Source of the DNA: a bacterium
GTDB taxonomy: Bacteria > Hinthialibacterota > Hinthialibacteria > Hinthialibacterales > Hinthialibacteraceae
Length of the DNA stretch: 64,000 bases
Direction of reading: 5' to 3'
Assembly (NCBI GenBank): GCA_963662285.2
Contig: CAXXMV010000006.1
Coordinates: forward strand, 1,280,001-1,344,000
The position numbers were made by a program, and so were the translations under genes. Below are positions 19,704-29,880 of this stretch, piece by piece. Position 1 is the stretch's first letter, and every line of letters starts with the position of its first letter. The notes beneath the pieces are model-generated. The model was not told the DNA's origin and ran no database searches. It saw only the letters and a list, made by a program, of their open reading frames with translations.

Positions 19704-21608
19704 GTGGCAAACTTTGAAACAATAGAGGTTACAACTGATCTCCTGATACTCGGTGGAGGTATGGCTTCATGTGGAGCAGCAGTTGAAGCTGCTTACTGGG
19801 CGAAAAAGAACAACGTTAAAGTTACGTTGGTTGATAAAGCATCGATGGATCGAAGCGGCGCTGTCGCGATGGGTCTTTCAGCCATTAACCAATATGTTGG
19901 CTTAAAAGACGGACAAAATACTCTTAAGGATTATGTGGATTATGTCCGCAATGACCTTATGGGAATCACCCGTGAAGACCTTGTTGCTAATATCGCTCGT
20001 CATGTTGACTCCAGCGTGCATCTATTTGAAAAATGGGGACTTCCCATTTGGACTGATGCTGAAGGAAAATACGTCCATGAGGGACGTTGGCAGTTGATGA
20101 TCAATGGTGAGTCTTATAAAGTTATCGTTGCTGAAGCAGCTAAGAATGCTTTAGGGATGGAAAACATTTATGAGCGCGTCTTTATAGTTGGACCAATAAT
20201 GGACGGCGAAAAAATCGCTGGCGCAGTTGGTTTCAGCGTTAGAGAGAATAAATTTTACGTATTCAAAGCCAAAGCCGTTATGGCGGCTATGGGCGGCGCG
20301 GTACACGTCTTCAAACCGAGATCATCGGGCGAAGGCCTGGGTCGCGCGTGGTATCCACCCTGGAACTCAGGTTCAAGCGCATACTTCACATTGAAAGCCG
20401 GAGCGGAAATGACCTGTCAGGAAGTACGTTTCATTCCGGTTCGTTTCAAGGACGCTTATGGTCCTGTCGGCGCTTGGTTCCTTCTATTCAAATCCAGAGC
20501 AACCAATGCATTAGGCGAAGAGTATATGATCACTCGACGCCCGGAACTGCAAAATTGGGTGCCCTATGGCAATGTTAAACCTGTTCCGGCTAACTTACGC
20601 AACTGGCTCGGTATGCTAGATATAATGGAAGGCAAAGGCCCCATTTATATGAGAACCGAGGAAGCTATTCAGAAACTTTCTGAACAAGAGCCGGATGAAA
20701 AGTTACGCAAGAAAAAACTGAAAGAACTCGAATCAGAAGCATGGGAAGATTTCCTTGACATGACAATTTCCCAGGCGATTATGTGGGCTGGAACCAACGT
20801 TGCTCCAGAAGAGAAACCTTCTGAAATCGCAGCGGCTGAACCTTACTTCATTGGTTCTCACTCCGGCGCATCCGGCGCTTGGGTTAGTGGTCCTGAAGAT
20901 TTAGCTCCAGATGAATATAACTGGGGTTACGCCAATATGACGACTGTACCGGGTCTCTTCTGCGCAGGCGACGCTTCTGGCGCATCAAGTCATAAATTCT
21001 CTTCTGGTTCACATGCAGAAGGACGCATTGCTGGTAAAGCTGCGGTAAAATTCTGCGTCGATAATCCTGATCAACCTAATGTTGATGCAGCAACTATCGA
21101 AAAACTAAAAGCAGAGATACTCAAACCATTGGATATATTTGAACAGCATAAAAATGCTTCAAGTGATCCAGAAATTAACCCCAACTATATTAAACCTAAA
21201 GCCTTCATGTTCCGTCTGCAGAAGATCATGGACGAATATGCCGGTGGTGTTTCGGCTCAATTTAAGACCAGCCAAGCTTTATTGGATAAAGGTCTTGAAT
21301 TATTGGATTTCCTCAGAGAAGATGCTGAACTATTGGCAGCTGAGGATCTGCATGAGTTGATGCGTTGTTGGGAAAATGTTCATCGCATGTGGCAGGCTGA
21401 AGCGCATGTTAGAACGGTTATGTTCCGTGAAGAAACACGGTGGCCGGGATACTATTTCCGATCTGATACTCCAACAATGGATGAAGAAAATTGGAAATGT
21501 TTCGCTAACTGCGTACGCAATCCTAATACTGGCGAATGGACTATGTTGAAGAGAAATATCATACCTATTTTTGGTGAAGCAAGCGATCACGAAACAATTG
21601 GTGGATAA
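19704..21608 (+). CDS. aprA: Adenylylsulfate reductase alpha subunit
   Basis: DLLILGGG, DRSGAVAMGLSAIN, WQLMINGESYK, GRAWYPPWN, RFKDAYGPVGAWFL, HKFSSGSHAEGR, REETRWPGYY; GTG start with AGGAGG RBS. Confidence 0.98.
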   Translation: MANFETIEVTTDLLILGGGMASCGAAVEAAYWAKKNNVKVTLVDKASMDRSGAVAMGLSAINQYVGLKDGQNTLKDYVDYVRNDLMGITREDLVANIARHVDSSVHLFEKWGLPIWTDAEGKYVHEGRWQLMINGESYKVIVAEAAKNALGMENIYERVFIVGPIMDGEKIAGAVGFSVRENKFYVFKAKAVMAAMGGAVHVFKPRSSGEGLGRAWYPPWNSGSSAYFTLKAGAEMTCQEVRFIPVRFKDAYGPVGAWFLLFKSRATNALGEEYMITRRPELQNWVPYGNVKPVPANLRNWLGMLDIMEGKGPIYMRTEEAIQKLSEQEPDEKLRKKKLKELESEAWEDFLDMTISQAIMWAGTNVAPEEKPSEIAAAEPYFIGSHSGASGAWVSGPEDLAPDEYNWGYANMTTVPGLFCAGDASGASSHKFSSGSHAEGRIAGKAAVKFCVDNPDQPNVDAATIEKLKAEILKPLDIFEQHKNASSDPEINPNYIKPKAFMFRLQKIMDEYAGGVSAQFKTSQALLDKGLELLDFLREDAELLAAEDLHELMRCWENVHRMWQAEAHVRTVMFREETRWPGYYFRSDTPTMDEENWKCFANCVRNPNTGEWTMLKRNIIPIFGEASDHETIGG

Positions 21609-21647
21609 TTCCCTTATTCCGTAGATATTAAGTTGATTCGTTATATA

Positions 21648-21682
21648 CCCCTCCAGATATTTGTTATGAATGTCTGGAGGGG
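21648..21682 (+). terminator. Hairpin after aprA (weak terminator or mRNA-stabilizing stem)
   Basis: cccctccagatatt-tgttatg-aatgtctggagggg, followed only by aacttt. Confidence 0.55.
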
Positions 21683-21714
21683 AACTTTAGCGTATTAAGG
21701 TTTTGTGGAGACTA

Positions 21715-21972
21715 ATGGAATCATATACCTGTCCGCATTGCGGCGAAACTTTGAAGCAATGGAAAACACCCGCTGATTCGAGTTGGGGAGAAGGTTTTCA
21801 GTATGTTTGTTTTAATGATGAATGTTCCTATTTCTTGAAGGGATGGGAGCACATGAAAAGTAATTACAATGCTAACAGTTCTTACCGGCATAGATTCGAT
21901 CCGGTTAGTGGAGAAACAGGTCCTCTGCCGGTGTGGTCTAAAGATGCCTTGAAAGACAATGTTTGCGAATAA
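21715..21972 (+). CDS. Small zinc-ribbon protein of a type associated with sulfate-reducer gene clusters
   Basis: CPHC...W...YVCFNDECSYF..GW...YRHRFDP..G...PLPVWS; GGAG RBS before ATG 21715 (track start 21703). Confidence 0.7.
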   Translation: MESYTCPHCGETLKQWKTPADSSWGEGFQYVCFNDECSYFLKGWEHMKSNYNANSSYRHRFDPVSGETGPLPVWSKDALKDNVCE

Positions 21973-22134
21973 TTTTTGTGTGATTAGATAAGATTAAAGG
22001 AGGATTTGAATAGCAACTTTTTTATTCATTCAGATTTTTCAACGATGATTTGAGCGGTTTGCGTAATATGGTTCTTTATTCTAAACAAACATGTATTTGA
22101 GGACCGCTTAGAAAGAAAGATAAGACCGATTACT

Positions 22135-22956
22135 ATGAAAGAAATTAATAAACTGAGAGAAGCGATCCTCAAGGATTTCAAACGTTTTTCAAAAAGTGAT
22201 GAATTCAAATTCAGTTGTCATTGTGACTTGAAATGCTTTAACAAATGTTGTTCTGATGTGAATATATTCCTTACGCCTTATGATATTCTCCGTATGAAGA
22301 ATGAATTAGGAATATCCTCCCAAGAGTTTCTTGATAAATATACTATAATCCCTATTGACCGAAACCAGAAATATCCTGTTGTGCTTCTTCAGATGATGGA
22401 CACCGATGCTAAACAGTGTCCTTTTGTCGATGCTGAAAAGGGGTGCACCATTTATAATAACCGTCCCTGGGCCTGCCGTATGTATCCTGTGGGATTGGCT
22501 TCACCAGATGATAAAGAGACGGCTCTTGATGAAGAGTTTTATTTTCTGCTCGAAGATCCCATTTGCGAAGGATTGAAAGAGAGCAAGGCTTGGACTTTTC
22601 AGAGTTGGATGGAAAATCAAGGCGTAGAAGAATACAGCGAGTTGGGTGAAGCGTTTAAGGAAGTCGTTCTACATCCGATGATGCTGGATGACAAACCGAT
22701 GGATCCTAAAAAATTGGATATGTTCTTCATGGTTTGCTATAACCTTGATTCGTTTAAACGCTTTGTTTTTGAAAGCCGCTTTTTACAGATGTTTGATGTT
22801 GAACCGGATGTATTGGATAAAATTAGAGATAGTGATATTGAATTAATGAAGTTCGGCTTCAAATGGTTGAAATTCAGCTTGTTTGGCGAAAAAACCATGG
22901 TTATCAAAGCTGAGGTTCTTGAAGAGAAGAAGAAAATGATGGAGAAGAATGATTAA
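22135..22956 (+). CDS. YkgJ-family (CxxxCC) cysteine-cluster protein
   Basis: FKFSC...CFNKCC...LTPYDILR...CPFV...GCTIYNNRPWACRMYP...CEG. Confidence 0.85.
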   Translation: MKEINKLREAILKDFKRFSKSDEFKFSCHCDLKCFNKCCSDVNIFLTPYDILRMKNELGISSQEFLDKYTIIPIDRNQKYPVVLLQMMDTDAKQCPFVDAEKGCTIYNNRPWACRMYPVGLASPDDKETALDEEFYFLLEDPICEGLKESKAWTFQSWMENQGVEEYSELGEAFKEVVLHPMMLDDKPMDPKKLDMFFMVCYNLDSFKRFVFESRFLQMFDVEPDVLDKIRDSDIELMKFGFKWLKFSLFGEKTMVIKAEVLEEKKKMMEKND

Positions 22957-22988
22957 AGAAAACTATTCTGCATGGATGGGGTAGCAAC

Positions 22989-24248
22989 ATGACATCAAAA
23001 AATAAGAAAGTACTCGTGATCGGAGGCGGGATTAGCGGAATAACCGCAGCCCTGGAAATAGCCGAAGTGGGGTATGAAGTTGCGCTGGTTGAAAAAGCGG
23101 CTTACCTCGGCGGACGTGTAGTGCAGATGAACAAATATTTTCCTAAAATGTGTCCTCCGACATGCGGCATGGAAATCAACAATAAGCGTATTCGCAATAA
23201 TCCCCGGATTACGGTTTATACCTTGTCGGAAGTAACTGGCATATCGGGCGCCGAGGGAGATTTTAATGTAAGCATTAAAAAGAATCCCCGGTATGTCAAA
23301 GAGAACGCATATATTTCTGATGAGACGATCGGAAAATTATCATGTGAATGCGACAACAATTTCAACCTGGGTATGAATAAATCCGCGGCGCTCTATTACC
23401 CGCACCCGATGGCTTATCCACCGCAATATGTAATAAACAAAGATGGATTGACGGCTGCGGATCAGGAAATTTTAAGCAGTGAATGCCCTGAAGGCGCCAT
23501 AGATTTGAATGAAGCGCCTGAGGAGATATCGCTTAAAGTCGGGGCTATTGTTGTGGCTACGGGGTGGACGCCTTATGACGCCGCCAAGATTGAGAATCTT
23601 GGTTTCGGGAAATGCCGTAACGTAATTACCAATGTAATGATGGAACGGCTGGCGTCTAAAACCGGACCGACCGAAGGTCAGTTGTTAAGACCTTCTGATG
23701 GGGTTCAGGCCAAACGATTCGCCTTCGCCCAATGCGCCGGTTCAAGAGATGAAAATCATCTGCCTTATTGTTCAGCAGTTTGCTGCATGGGTTCTTTGAA
23801 GCAGATTCGTTATGTGCTTGATAGCGACCCTGAAGCTACGGCGACCATTTTCTATATTGATATAAGAACCATCAGCCGTTGCGAGAAATTCTACTATGAC
23901 CTTTTAGATAACGAACGTGTAACGTTTATCAAAGGCAAGGCGGCTTTGATCACGGAAGACGCGGAATCCATGAATCCTGTTCTTGAAGTGGAAGATTCGG
24001 TCAGCGGCCAGAAGATGAAAGAGTCGTTTGATATGGTAGTTCTCGCTACCGGGATGGTTCCCAATACGTCAGCGGAAAAAATTCCCTTAGCTGGGATCAG
24101 TTATGACGATTATGGTTTTATCAAATCGGATAATGGCGTTAAGGGTATATATTCTGCGGGATGCGTTGAGCGTCCCATTGATGTGGCAATGTCGGTAAGA
24201 AAAGCGACCGGCGCAGCGCTAAAGGCTATTCAGAGTCTACAGGTCTAA
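22989..24248 (+). CDS. qmoA: Quinone-interacting membrane-bound oxidoreductase subunit A (HdrA-like)
   Basis: VLVIGGGISG, KYFPKMCPPTCG, QCAGSRDENHLPYCSAVCC, ATGAALKAIQ; lies downstream of aprBA. Confidence 0.95.
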   Translation: MTSKNKKVLVIGGGISGITAALEIAEVGYEVALVEKAAYLGGRVVQMNKYFPKMCPPTCGMEINNKRIRNNPRITVYTLSEVTGISGAEGDFNVSIKKNPRYVKENAYISDETIGKLSCECDNNFNLGMNKSAALYYPHPMAYPPQYVINKDGLTAADQEILSSECPEGAIDLNEAPEEISLKVGAIVVATGWTPYDAAKIENLGFGKCRNVITNVMMERLASKTGPTEGQLLRPSDGVQAKRFAFAQCAGSRDENHLPYCSAVCCMGSLKQIRYVLDSDPEATATIFYIDIRTISRCEKFYYDLLDNERVTFIKGKAALITEDAESMNPVLEVEDSVSGQKMKESFDMVVLATGMVPNTSAEKIPLAGISYDDYGFIKSDNGVKGIYSAGCVERPIDVAMSVRKATGAALKAIQSLQV

Positions 24249-24261
24249 CAAGGAGGCTGGC

Positions 24262-26517
24262 ATGGATGACAAGGTCGGGGTCTATATCTGCACTAGTTGG
24301 GGCATCAAAGAAGCCCTTGATATTGATGCCTTGTCCAAGGTTGCTGACGAATACAAGGTTGCAACCTGCAAAACCATTAATGGTTTTGGTGAGGAAGATT
24401 TTGATATCATACGCAATGACGTGCAATCTGAAGGAATAAACAAAGTCGTGCTGGCTGGACCTTCCCCTCGATTGGATATTGACATTGATGTTTTCGGCAA
24501 AGACGTGATAGTCGAACGGGTTAATATTCGTGAAGGCGTTGTGATGTGTCAACCTCCCAACGATGAAGATACCCAGATGATGGCCGAAGATTATCTTCGC
24601 ATGGGGATCGTTAAATCGCAAAAGACGAAGCCGCTCGATTTGTTTGAAGAACATACCCGGATCGATAAGACGGTTATGATTGTCGGTGGAGGAATCACCG
24701 GACTGACAGCAGCTATTGAATCCGCTAAAACCGGCTATGCAACCATACTGGTGGAGAAAGAAGCGGAACTGGGCGGATGGATGAAGAAATGGTATAAATC
24801 CTATCCCTCACAAGCTCCTTTCAGCAATCTGGAATCAAACGGGATCGCTGAACTGGTCGAGCAAGTAGAGAAAAACGAAAAAATAACGGTTTATACTGCA
24901 ACCGAGATTGATAGCATCTCCGGCGCTCCCGGTATGTTTGATGTGAAATTTAAATCCAGCAATGGCAGTGAGCCGAAGCGGGTTGGTTCAATCATACAAG
25001 CGACCGGATGGACGCCATTCGAGCCGGATGGACTCGATCATTTAGGTTATAAAAAAATAACCAACGTCATTACAAACGTCCAGATGGAAGAACTGGCATG
25101 TAAGGGCGGCATTGTTCGTCCTTCAGATGGTAAGCCGGTAGAAAACGTTGTATTCATACAATGCGAAGGATCGAAGGATAAAGAATATTTCTCATATAGT
25201 TCTTCAGTTAACAGTCTGGTTTCTTTGAAGCAGGCGCTATATGTCCGTGAGCAATCAGCTGACGCCAAGGCTTATATTTTTTATGATCACCTATTAACGC
25301 CGGGACACTATGAAGATTTTTATAAACGAGTGCAGGAAGATAGAGGCGTTTTTCTTACTAAAGGTAATGTTAAATCGGTTAGTGAAGAAGCCAATGGCGC
25401 GTTGTCGGTTATTGTAGAAGATACCATGTTAGGGGATTGCATCTCCATCGAAGCCGATCTGGTGGTGTTGGGCTTGGGAATGAAGCCGGTTTCCGCTGAT
25501 GGTGAAGCGATTCGCGCATGGGTGGATGCCAAGGCAGCCGTCAAGAAAGCTGAAGCGGAAGGCAATAAACCGCAGGAAGCTCAGGTGGCTCTGGCTGAGT
25601 CGCCTGCACCGGATTCGCCGATCTTAAATCTGGACTACAGACAGGGTCCCGATCTTCCCGTATTAGAAAATGGATACCCTGATTCGCATTTTATCTGCTT
25701 CCCCTATGAGACTCGCCGTACTGGTATCTATACGGCGGGATGCGTGCGCAGTCCAATGGATTCCAGTTCATGCGTAGTTGATGCGACTGGCGCAGCGTTG
25801 AAAGCGATTCAATGCGTTGAGATGACTTCGCGCGGCGAGGCGGTTCACCCACGGTCGGGAGATATCTCTTATCCGGAATTCTTCTTGCAGCGATGCACCC
25901 AATGCAAGCGGTGCACCGAAGAATGTCCCTTCGGCGTTTTGAATGAAGACGTTAAAGGAACTCCTCAACCAAATCCAACCCGGTGCCGCCGGTGTGGAGT
26001 ATGTATGGGAGCCTGCCCGGAGCGAATAATCAGTTTCAAAGATTATTCGGTTGATATGATTGCAACCATGATCAAGGCGGTCGAGATACCCGATGAGTTT
26101 GATGAAAAACCAAGGGTTCTGGTATTGGCTTGTGAGAATGATGCTTATCCGGCCATAGATTTAGCTGCGAAAAAGGGATTGAAATATAGTCCATTCGTTA
26201 GAGTGATTCCTCTGAGATGCCTGGGATCAACCAATATCGTATGGGTGGCGGATGCATTATCCTGTGGTTATGACGGAATCATTCTGATGGGTTGCAAGTA
26301 TGGCGAAGATTATCAATGCCATTATATCCGGGGCAGTGAACTGGCGGAGAAACGAGGCGATAATGTTCGGGAGAAACTAACCCAACTCGCTTTGGAAAAT
26401 GAACGCGTCGAACTGCATCAGGTGGAAATATCTGATTACGAAAAAATCCCGGAAATTATTAATAACTTTATGGAAGTAATTGAAGAAGTCGGATACAACC
26501 CGTTTAAGGGAATGTAG
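24262..26517 (+). CDS. qmoB: QmoB (HdrA-like FAD domain, ferredoxin domain and MvhD-like domain)
   Basis: RVNIREGV, DSHFICFPYETRRTGIY, CTQCKRCTEECPFG, CRRCGVCMGACPER, CENDAYPA, RCLGS, GCKYGEDYQCH, NPFKGM. Confidence 0.97.
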   Translation: MDDKVGVYICTSWGIKEALDIDALSKVADEYKVATCKTINGFGEEDFDIIRNDVQSEGINKVVLAGPSPRLDIDIDVFGKDVIVERVNIREGVVMCQPPNDEDTQMMAEDYLRMGIVKSQKTKPLDLFEEHTRIDKTVMIVGGGITGLTAAIESAKTGYATILVEKEAELGGWMKKWYKSYPSQAPFSNLESNGIAELVEQVEKNEKITVYTATEIDSISGAPGMFDVKFKSSNGSEPKRVGSIIQATGWTPFEPDGLDHLGYKKITNVITNVQMEELACKGGIVRPSDGKPVENVVFIQCEGSKDKEYFSYSSSVNSLVSLKQALYVREQSADAKAYIFYDHLLTPGHYEDFYKRVQEDRGVFLTKGNVKSVSEEANGALSVIVEDTMLGDCISIEADLVVLGLGMKPVSADGEAIRAWVDAKAAVKKAEAEGNKPQEAQVALAESPAPDSPILNLDYRQGPDLPVLENGYPDSHFICFPYETRRTGIYTAGCVRSPMDSSSCVVDATGAALKAIQCVEMTSRGEAVHPRSGDISYPEFFLQRCTQCKRCTEECPFGVLNEDVKGTPQPNPTRCRRCGVCMGACPERIISFKDYSVDMIATMIKAVEIPDEFDEKPRVLVLACENDAYPAIDLAAKKGLKYSPFVRVIPLRCLGSTNIVWVADALSCGYDGIILMGCKYGEDYQCHYIRGSELAEKRGDNVREKLTQLALENERVELHQVEISDYEKIPEIINNFMEVIEEVGYNPFKGM

Positions 26518-26599
26518 TGCAGTATTCATAGATTCGGTAAGTTTGTATATTCCAGGATCAGCTTGAGCTCTAAAGCATCAAGATGTGGGAGATAGCAGG

Positions 26600-27799
26600 A
26601 TGACGACAGAAGTAGAGGGTCAAGTTCAAGAAACTCAGGAAATCTCATCGCAGGGAAACGGAGAACAAAAAAATCCGGTTCGGATGTCGCCCGATTTGAC
26701 TTTCATCAATGAGGTTGCTTCTCTGGGCGGTGAAGATTATAAAAAATGTTACCAATGCGCCACATGTTCAGCCACATGTCCGATATCGCCGGATGATAAA
26801 CCTTTTCCTCGTAAGGAGATGATACTGGCTGGTTGGGGCGCCAGGGATCAATTGGTGAATGATCCGGATATCTGGCTGTGTCATCAGTGCAACGATTGCT
26901 CAGCTATCTGTCCGCGTGATGTGAATCCAGGCGATGTACTGGCTGCATTACGGAAATACAGTTACCAACATAACGCTGTACCCGGATTTATGGGGAAACT
27001 GGTTAATAAGCCATTGTTTCTTCCGGTGATTATTGGATTGCCGGTTTTGATAATGGCTGTAGTGGTTGGCGCTTTTGGTAATTTCCAACCGGAAGGGGAG
27101 ATTATATTTAGAAACTTTCTCCCTCATCCTTTCCCACTGGATTTTCTATTCAGTTTCTTTGCCATATTCGCAATGGTCATATCAGCCATAAGCGGATTGA
27201 AATTCTGGAACGGGCTGAAGACTGGCCCCCGGCCTCCGGTTGCTGGCGCTAAAGGTTTTGTGTTCGGGATTATTGAGGCGGTAAAAGAGATTATTTCTCA
27301 TAAACAATTCAATGAATGCGACAAAGCCAATCCCCGTTATTATTCACATTTACTAACGTTTTATGGTTTTATTGCACTGTATATTACGACCTCGCTGGTG
27401 TTTTTCGGATTATATATTCTTCATATTGAAACGCCGCTGGCATTGACTAATCCAGTTAAAATTCTGGGCAACCTGGGCGCTTTGGCCTTTCTGGTCGGTA
27501 CCGGTTTGATGTTGCTGGATCGGCTTACCAGTAGAGAAAAAGCGGGTAAAAGCACCTATAACGATTGGTTGTTCATTGGTTTGATGTTCGGATTGGCGCT
27601 GAGCGGAATTTTGACCGAAATATTCCGTTTATTGAATATACCGGTATTGGCATATTCTGTTTATTTCATCCATCTGGTATTGATCCTTTCGATGATGGGA
27701 TATTTCCCTTATTCGAAGTTTGCTCATTTACTTTACCGGACGCTAGCGATTGCTTATTATTATGGGTACGCAGTTGCGGAAGAAAGAATAGAAAATTAA
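26600..27799 (+). CDS. qmoC: QmoC (2x[4Fe-4S] domain plus heme b membrane domain)
   Basis: CYQCATCSATCP, PFPRKEM, WLCHQCNDCSAICPR, TM helices, HLLTFYGF, YFIHLV, PYSKFAHLLYRT; probable ATG 26600 (track GTG 26585). Confidence 0.96.
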   Translation: MTTEVEGQVQETQEISSQGNGEQKNPVRMSPDLTFINEVASLGGEDYKKCYQCATCSATCPISPDDKPFPRKEMILAGWGARDQLVNDPDIWLCHQCNDCSAICPRDVNPGDVLAALRKYSYQHNAVPGFMGKLVNKPLFLPVIIGLPVLIMAVVVGAFGNFQPEGEIIFRNFLPHPFPLDFLFSFFAIFAMVISAISGLKFWNGLKTGPRPPVAGAKGFVFGIIEAVKEIISHKQFNECDKANPRYYSHLLTFYGFIALYITTSLVFFGLYILHIETPLALTNPVKILGNLGALAFLVGTGLMLLDRLTSREKAGKSTYNDWLFIGLMFGLALSGILTEIFRLLNIPVLAYSVYFIHLVLILSMMGYFPYSKFAHLLYRTLAIAYYYGYAVAEERIEN

Positions 27800-27869
27800 G
27801 GACTGGATGATTTTAGTAGATTGTTGATTAATAATTACTCCCTGAATAAGGTAGATCTTGGAGAATTCA

Positions 27870-29576
27870 ATGAGTGACATTAATGGAATTAGATCGCTTT
27901 GGAAATTAGAAGATTACTGGGCAATATGGCTGGGATTTGCTTTACTGATTTTTGGTTTGGCTACTTTTCTGCTTAATCCTCCAGAAGGAATGAGTGAAAA
28001 ACTTGAAGCCGCCAATGCCATTATGGAGAAGGAAAGCGCAGCGCCCTTCAAAACAATAGCCTGGAATAATGCTAATGATTCCAAAAAGAAGATAAAAGCT
28101 ACCGATGAGGGCTATGCGAAGAAGATGCAGAAATGGTTGAGCATGCCTCATAGTTGGAAAACCAATCCGGTCGATGCGTTCATTTTCAGCGAGGAACAAG
28201 CGGCGGCCAAGAAAGTCCCTGCGGTTAAGAAATATGAAGCAGCCCAAGTAAAAACCAAAGAAATGCTGACTTTAGCGCAGAGTAGTGAAACCGCAGCCAG
28301 AGAAGCGCAATTCAAAGATGAGGCTTTGAATGAAAAAGCCAATACCGACATCCTGGCCTGGCGTCAAGCCAAAAATATAGAATCAGCTGCCAAAAAGAAA
28401 ACCTCAGTATCATCATATAACCAAATTATCTACCTGGTCGGTCTATGCATTGGGATGGCGATATTCTTCAGTATCGGCATTGCATTCATGGGCGACTCTC
28501 CATCAAAATTTATAGCGGCTTTTCCCGTTGTTTTTATCCTTGCGGTTGCGGCTTATATGTTGGCGTCGCAAGTCACCATGAAGGAATACGGCATCGGATA
28601 CGCTGCGTGGGCTATTATATTCGGTTTGATTATCAGCAATACCATAGGAACGCCCAAGTGGATCATGCACGCCGTTCAGACCGAATATTTTATTAAAACC
28701 GGATTGGTTATGTTGGGCGCCGAGATATTATTCGGCAAGATTCTGGCTATTGGTTTACCGGGGATTTTCGTAGCCTGGGTGGTTACTCCTATAGTGTTAG
28801 TCTTAACATATTTATTCGGTCAAAAAGTGCTGAAGATTGAATCTAAAACTTTGAATATCACAATTTCAGCGGATATGTCCGTCTGTGGAGTTTCCGCCGC
28901 CATAGCAACAGCCGCCGCTTGTAAAGCAAAGAAGGAAGAACTTACTTTAGCGGTTGGCATGTCATTGGTATTTACATCAATCATGATGATTCTTATGCCT
29001 AATTTTATTAAATTTGTGAACATGGATCATGTTCTGGGCGGGGCCTGGATGGGCGGCACAATTGATGCAACCGGCGCGGTTGCGGCGGCGGGAGCGTTTC
29101 TAAGCGACCGGGCGTTATATGTTGCGGCAACCATTAAGATGATCCAGAATGTATTGATTGGCGTGATTGCTTTCTGCGTTGCGGTATATTGGTGCGCCAA
29201 GGTTGATAAAGTGGAAGGCGAAAGAGTTAGTATTATGGAAATCTGGTACCGCTTTCCAAAATTCGTCATCGGCTTCATCGGAGCATCAATCATTTTCTCT
29301 TTAATCTACCAGTCTTTAGGTTCAGACGCCGGTTATGCATTGATCGATAATGGCGTGTTAAGAGGATTTACCAAGATATTCCGAGGTTGGTTCTTCTGTT
29401 TTGCATTTGTAAGTATTGGTTTGGCGACAAATTTCAAGGAACTGAAAAAATATTTTGTTGGCGGGAAACCTTTGATTCTCTATATTTGCGGTCAAACGCT
29501 TAATTTGATACTTACTTTAGTCATGGCTTACATTATGTTCTATCTGGTATTTCCAGAGATTACGGCGAAAATTTAA
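27870..29576 (+). CDS. YeiH/UPF0324 putative sulfate exporter (PSE) family protein with long extracytoplasmic loop
   Basis: EDYWAIWLG, TEYFIKTGLVMLGAE, SVCGVSAAIA, GAWMGGTIDATGAV, KMIQNVLIG, RFPKFVIGF, AFVSIGL; GGAG RBS before ATG 27870. Confidence 0.88.
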   Translation: MSDINGIRSLWKLEDYWAIWLGFALLIFGLATFLLNPPEGMSEKLEAANAIMEKESAAPFKTIAWNNANDSKKKIKATDEGYAKKMQKWLSMPHSWKTNPVDAFIFSEEQAAAKKVPAVKKYEAAQVKTKEMLTLAQSSETAAREAQFKDEALNEKANTDILAWRQAKNIESAAKKKTSVSSYNQIIYLVGLCIGMAIFFSIGIAFMGDSPSKFIAAFPVVFILAVAAYMLASQVTMKEYGIGYAAWAIIFGLIISNTIGTPKWIMHAVQTEYFIKTGLVMLGAEILFGKILAIGLPGIFVAWVVTPIVLVLTYLFGQKVLKIESKTLNITISADMSVCGVSAAIATAAACKAKKEELTLAVGMSLVFTSIMMILMPNFIKFVNMDHVLGGAWMGGTIDATGAVAAAGAFLSDRALYVAATIKMIQNVLIGVIAFCVAVYWCAKVDKVEGERVSIMEIWYRFPKFVIGFIGASIIFSLIYQSLGSDAGYALIDNGVLRGFTKIFRGWFFCFAFVSIGLATNFKELKKYFVGGKPLILYICGQTLNLILTLVMAYIMFYLVFPEITAKI

Positions 29577-29872
29577 TGGAACATACTAATACTGATACGG
29601 ATATTAATCAGTCGATTATACGCCTCCCCATCGAGCAAGAAAATCCCGTAAAAAGAGATTTTTTATGGCGATGGGGAGCGTTAATATTTTCACTACTAAT
29701 TATATGGCTGTTTGTATTTCAAATTGCGCCTGCAATGCAAGAAATAGAATGTATTGCGGATGTACATGAAGCAATAAGGGATTATGACATTGAAGCAACT
29801 GGATTGATTTACACCGAAGTGGAATTATTCGGTGAAGCGGATGTACATATCCGTGATGCCATGAAATACTAA
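29576..29872 (+). CDS. Small single-TM hypothetical protein translationally coupled to the YeiH-type gene
   Basis: TAATG stop/start overlap; one hydrophobic helix followed by IEATGLIYTEVE. Confidence 0.65.
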   Translation: MEHTNTDTDINQSIIRLPIEQENPVKRDFLWRWGALIFSLLIIWLFVFQIAPAMQEIECIADVHEAIRDYDIEATGLIYTEVELFGEADVHIRDAMKY

Positions 29873-29880
29873 ACATCAAT

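Noticed and set aside
22989-26517. Selenocysteine in HdrA-like QmoA/QmoB, and loss of Cys ligands in QmoB (CTSWG, YSSSVNS)
   Set aside because: Both ORFs are uninterrupted, with no in-frame TGA. Degeneration of these Cys motifs is common in QmoB, so it is not distinctive.
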